The notes under the pieces: model-generated
Seen by the model: only the letters and a program-made list of their open reading frames with translations
Told to the model about the DNA's origin: nothing
Databases searched by the model: none
Source: Acidobacteriaceae bacterium
Lineage (GTDB): Bacteria; Acidobacteriota; Terriglobia; Terriglobales; Acidobacteriaceae
Direction of reading: 5' to 3'
Assembly: GCA_025357215.1 (NCBI GenBank)
Contig: JANXPR010000473.1
Coordinates: forward strand, 1 to 54,743
Length of the DNA: 54,743 bases
Shown: piece by piece, positions 54,287-54,743 of the stretch
Numbering within the stretch: the first letter of the stretch is position 1
Layout of the letters: every line of letters starts with the position of its first letter
Translations under genes and position numbers: made by a program

Positions 54287-54743
54287 TTATTGCAAATATT
54301 CAATGATGGTCGCGTTAGCCATGCCACCGCCTTCACACATCGTCTGCAATCCATAGCGGCCGCCGCTGCGCGCAAGTTCGTGGACCAGCGTCGTCATGAG
54401 TCTGGCGCCGCTCGCGCCCAGTGGATGCCCCAGGGCAATCGCGCCACCGTTGACATTCACTCGCGCAAAATCCGCGTGCGTTTCTTTTTGCCAGGCCAGC
54501 ACCACGCTGGCAAAAGCTTCGTTGATTTCGATCCGGTCCATGTCTTCCAGCTTCATCCCGGATTTTTCCAGAATGCGCCGTGTGGCTGGAATCGGCGCGC
54601 CCAGCATCAGCACGGGATCTTCCGCCACCAGCGCAAACGCCACGAACCGCGCCATGGGCTTGTATCCCATCTTTTCCGCGAGCGCGCGTTCCATGATCAA
54701 TACGGCCGCCGCGCCGTCAGTAATTTGAGAAGAGTTCCCTGCC
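54287..54743 (-). CDS. Acetyl-CoA C-acyltransferase (thiolase), C-terminal part; the N-terminus lies beyond the window
   Basis: NEAFASVVLAWQ, NVNGGAIALGHPLGASGARL and CEGGGMANA. The ORF is still open at the window edge. Confidence 0.9.
   Translation of the reverse strand, partial: AGNSSQITDGAAAVLIMERALAEKMGYKPMARFVAFALVAEDPVLMLGAPIPATRRILEKSGMKLEDMDRIEINEAFASVVLAWQKETHADFARVNVNGGAIALGHPLGASGARLMTTLVHELARSGGRYGLQTMCEGGGMANATIIEYLQ

Overview
This 54.7-kb window looks like a chromosomal segment from an Acidobacteriota (Terriglobia-like) genome. The markers are a VWFA-related 'acidobacterial' secreted protein, two tandem ADOP-type duplicated permeases behind a PadR regulator, a tandem-domain nadA-motif (NAD+-I) riboswitch, and short 'signature' intergenic repeats. 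Most of the content is housekeeping or biosynthetic: hfq-hflX, a DegT-type aminotransferase, nadA, leuA-like/leuB/leuC/leuD with a divergent LysR regulator, proC, thrB-lysC-thrC-hom, a sulfite reductase plus siroheme operon, ggt, a TonB-like protein and a partial thiolase.

Main points not visible from the ORF track:
1. ORFs 34147..34428 and 34450..34677 are one UGSC-motif selenoprotein, with an in-frame TGA followed by a SECIS-like hairpin. It sits directly behind a thioredoxin-fold fusion protein of unknown function.
2. Three loci carry the same regulatory layout: a sigma70-like promoter, a tiny leader peptide and an intrinsic terminator. The leader peptides are rich in Met/Cys, Cys, or Thr(+Met/Cys). 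They sit upstream of a ThrC-paralogue/MoaD-like sulfur-carrier pair, the sulfite reductase/siroheme operon and the thr operon.
3. The ThrC paralogue and the GG-ended carrier, together with an unlinked JAMM protease and a MoeZ-type E1/rhodanese, suggest a protein-thiocarboxylate route to homocysteine or cysteine.
4. The conserved N-terminus of HflX lies upstream of any canonical start codon. An ATT codon behind a good SD is the likely start.
5. An ECF sigma module is bracketed by a diverged ~270-bp direct repeat. One copy is a truncated gene fragment with a nonsense codon.
6. A TauE/SafE-like gene at the window start needs about 7 frame switches to read.

No rRNA, intact tRNA, CRISPR array, transposase or integrase was recognised. 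All calls come from reading the sequence by eye. No database search was run.
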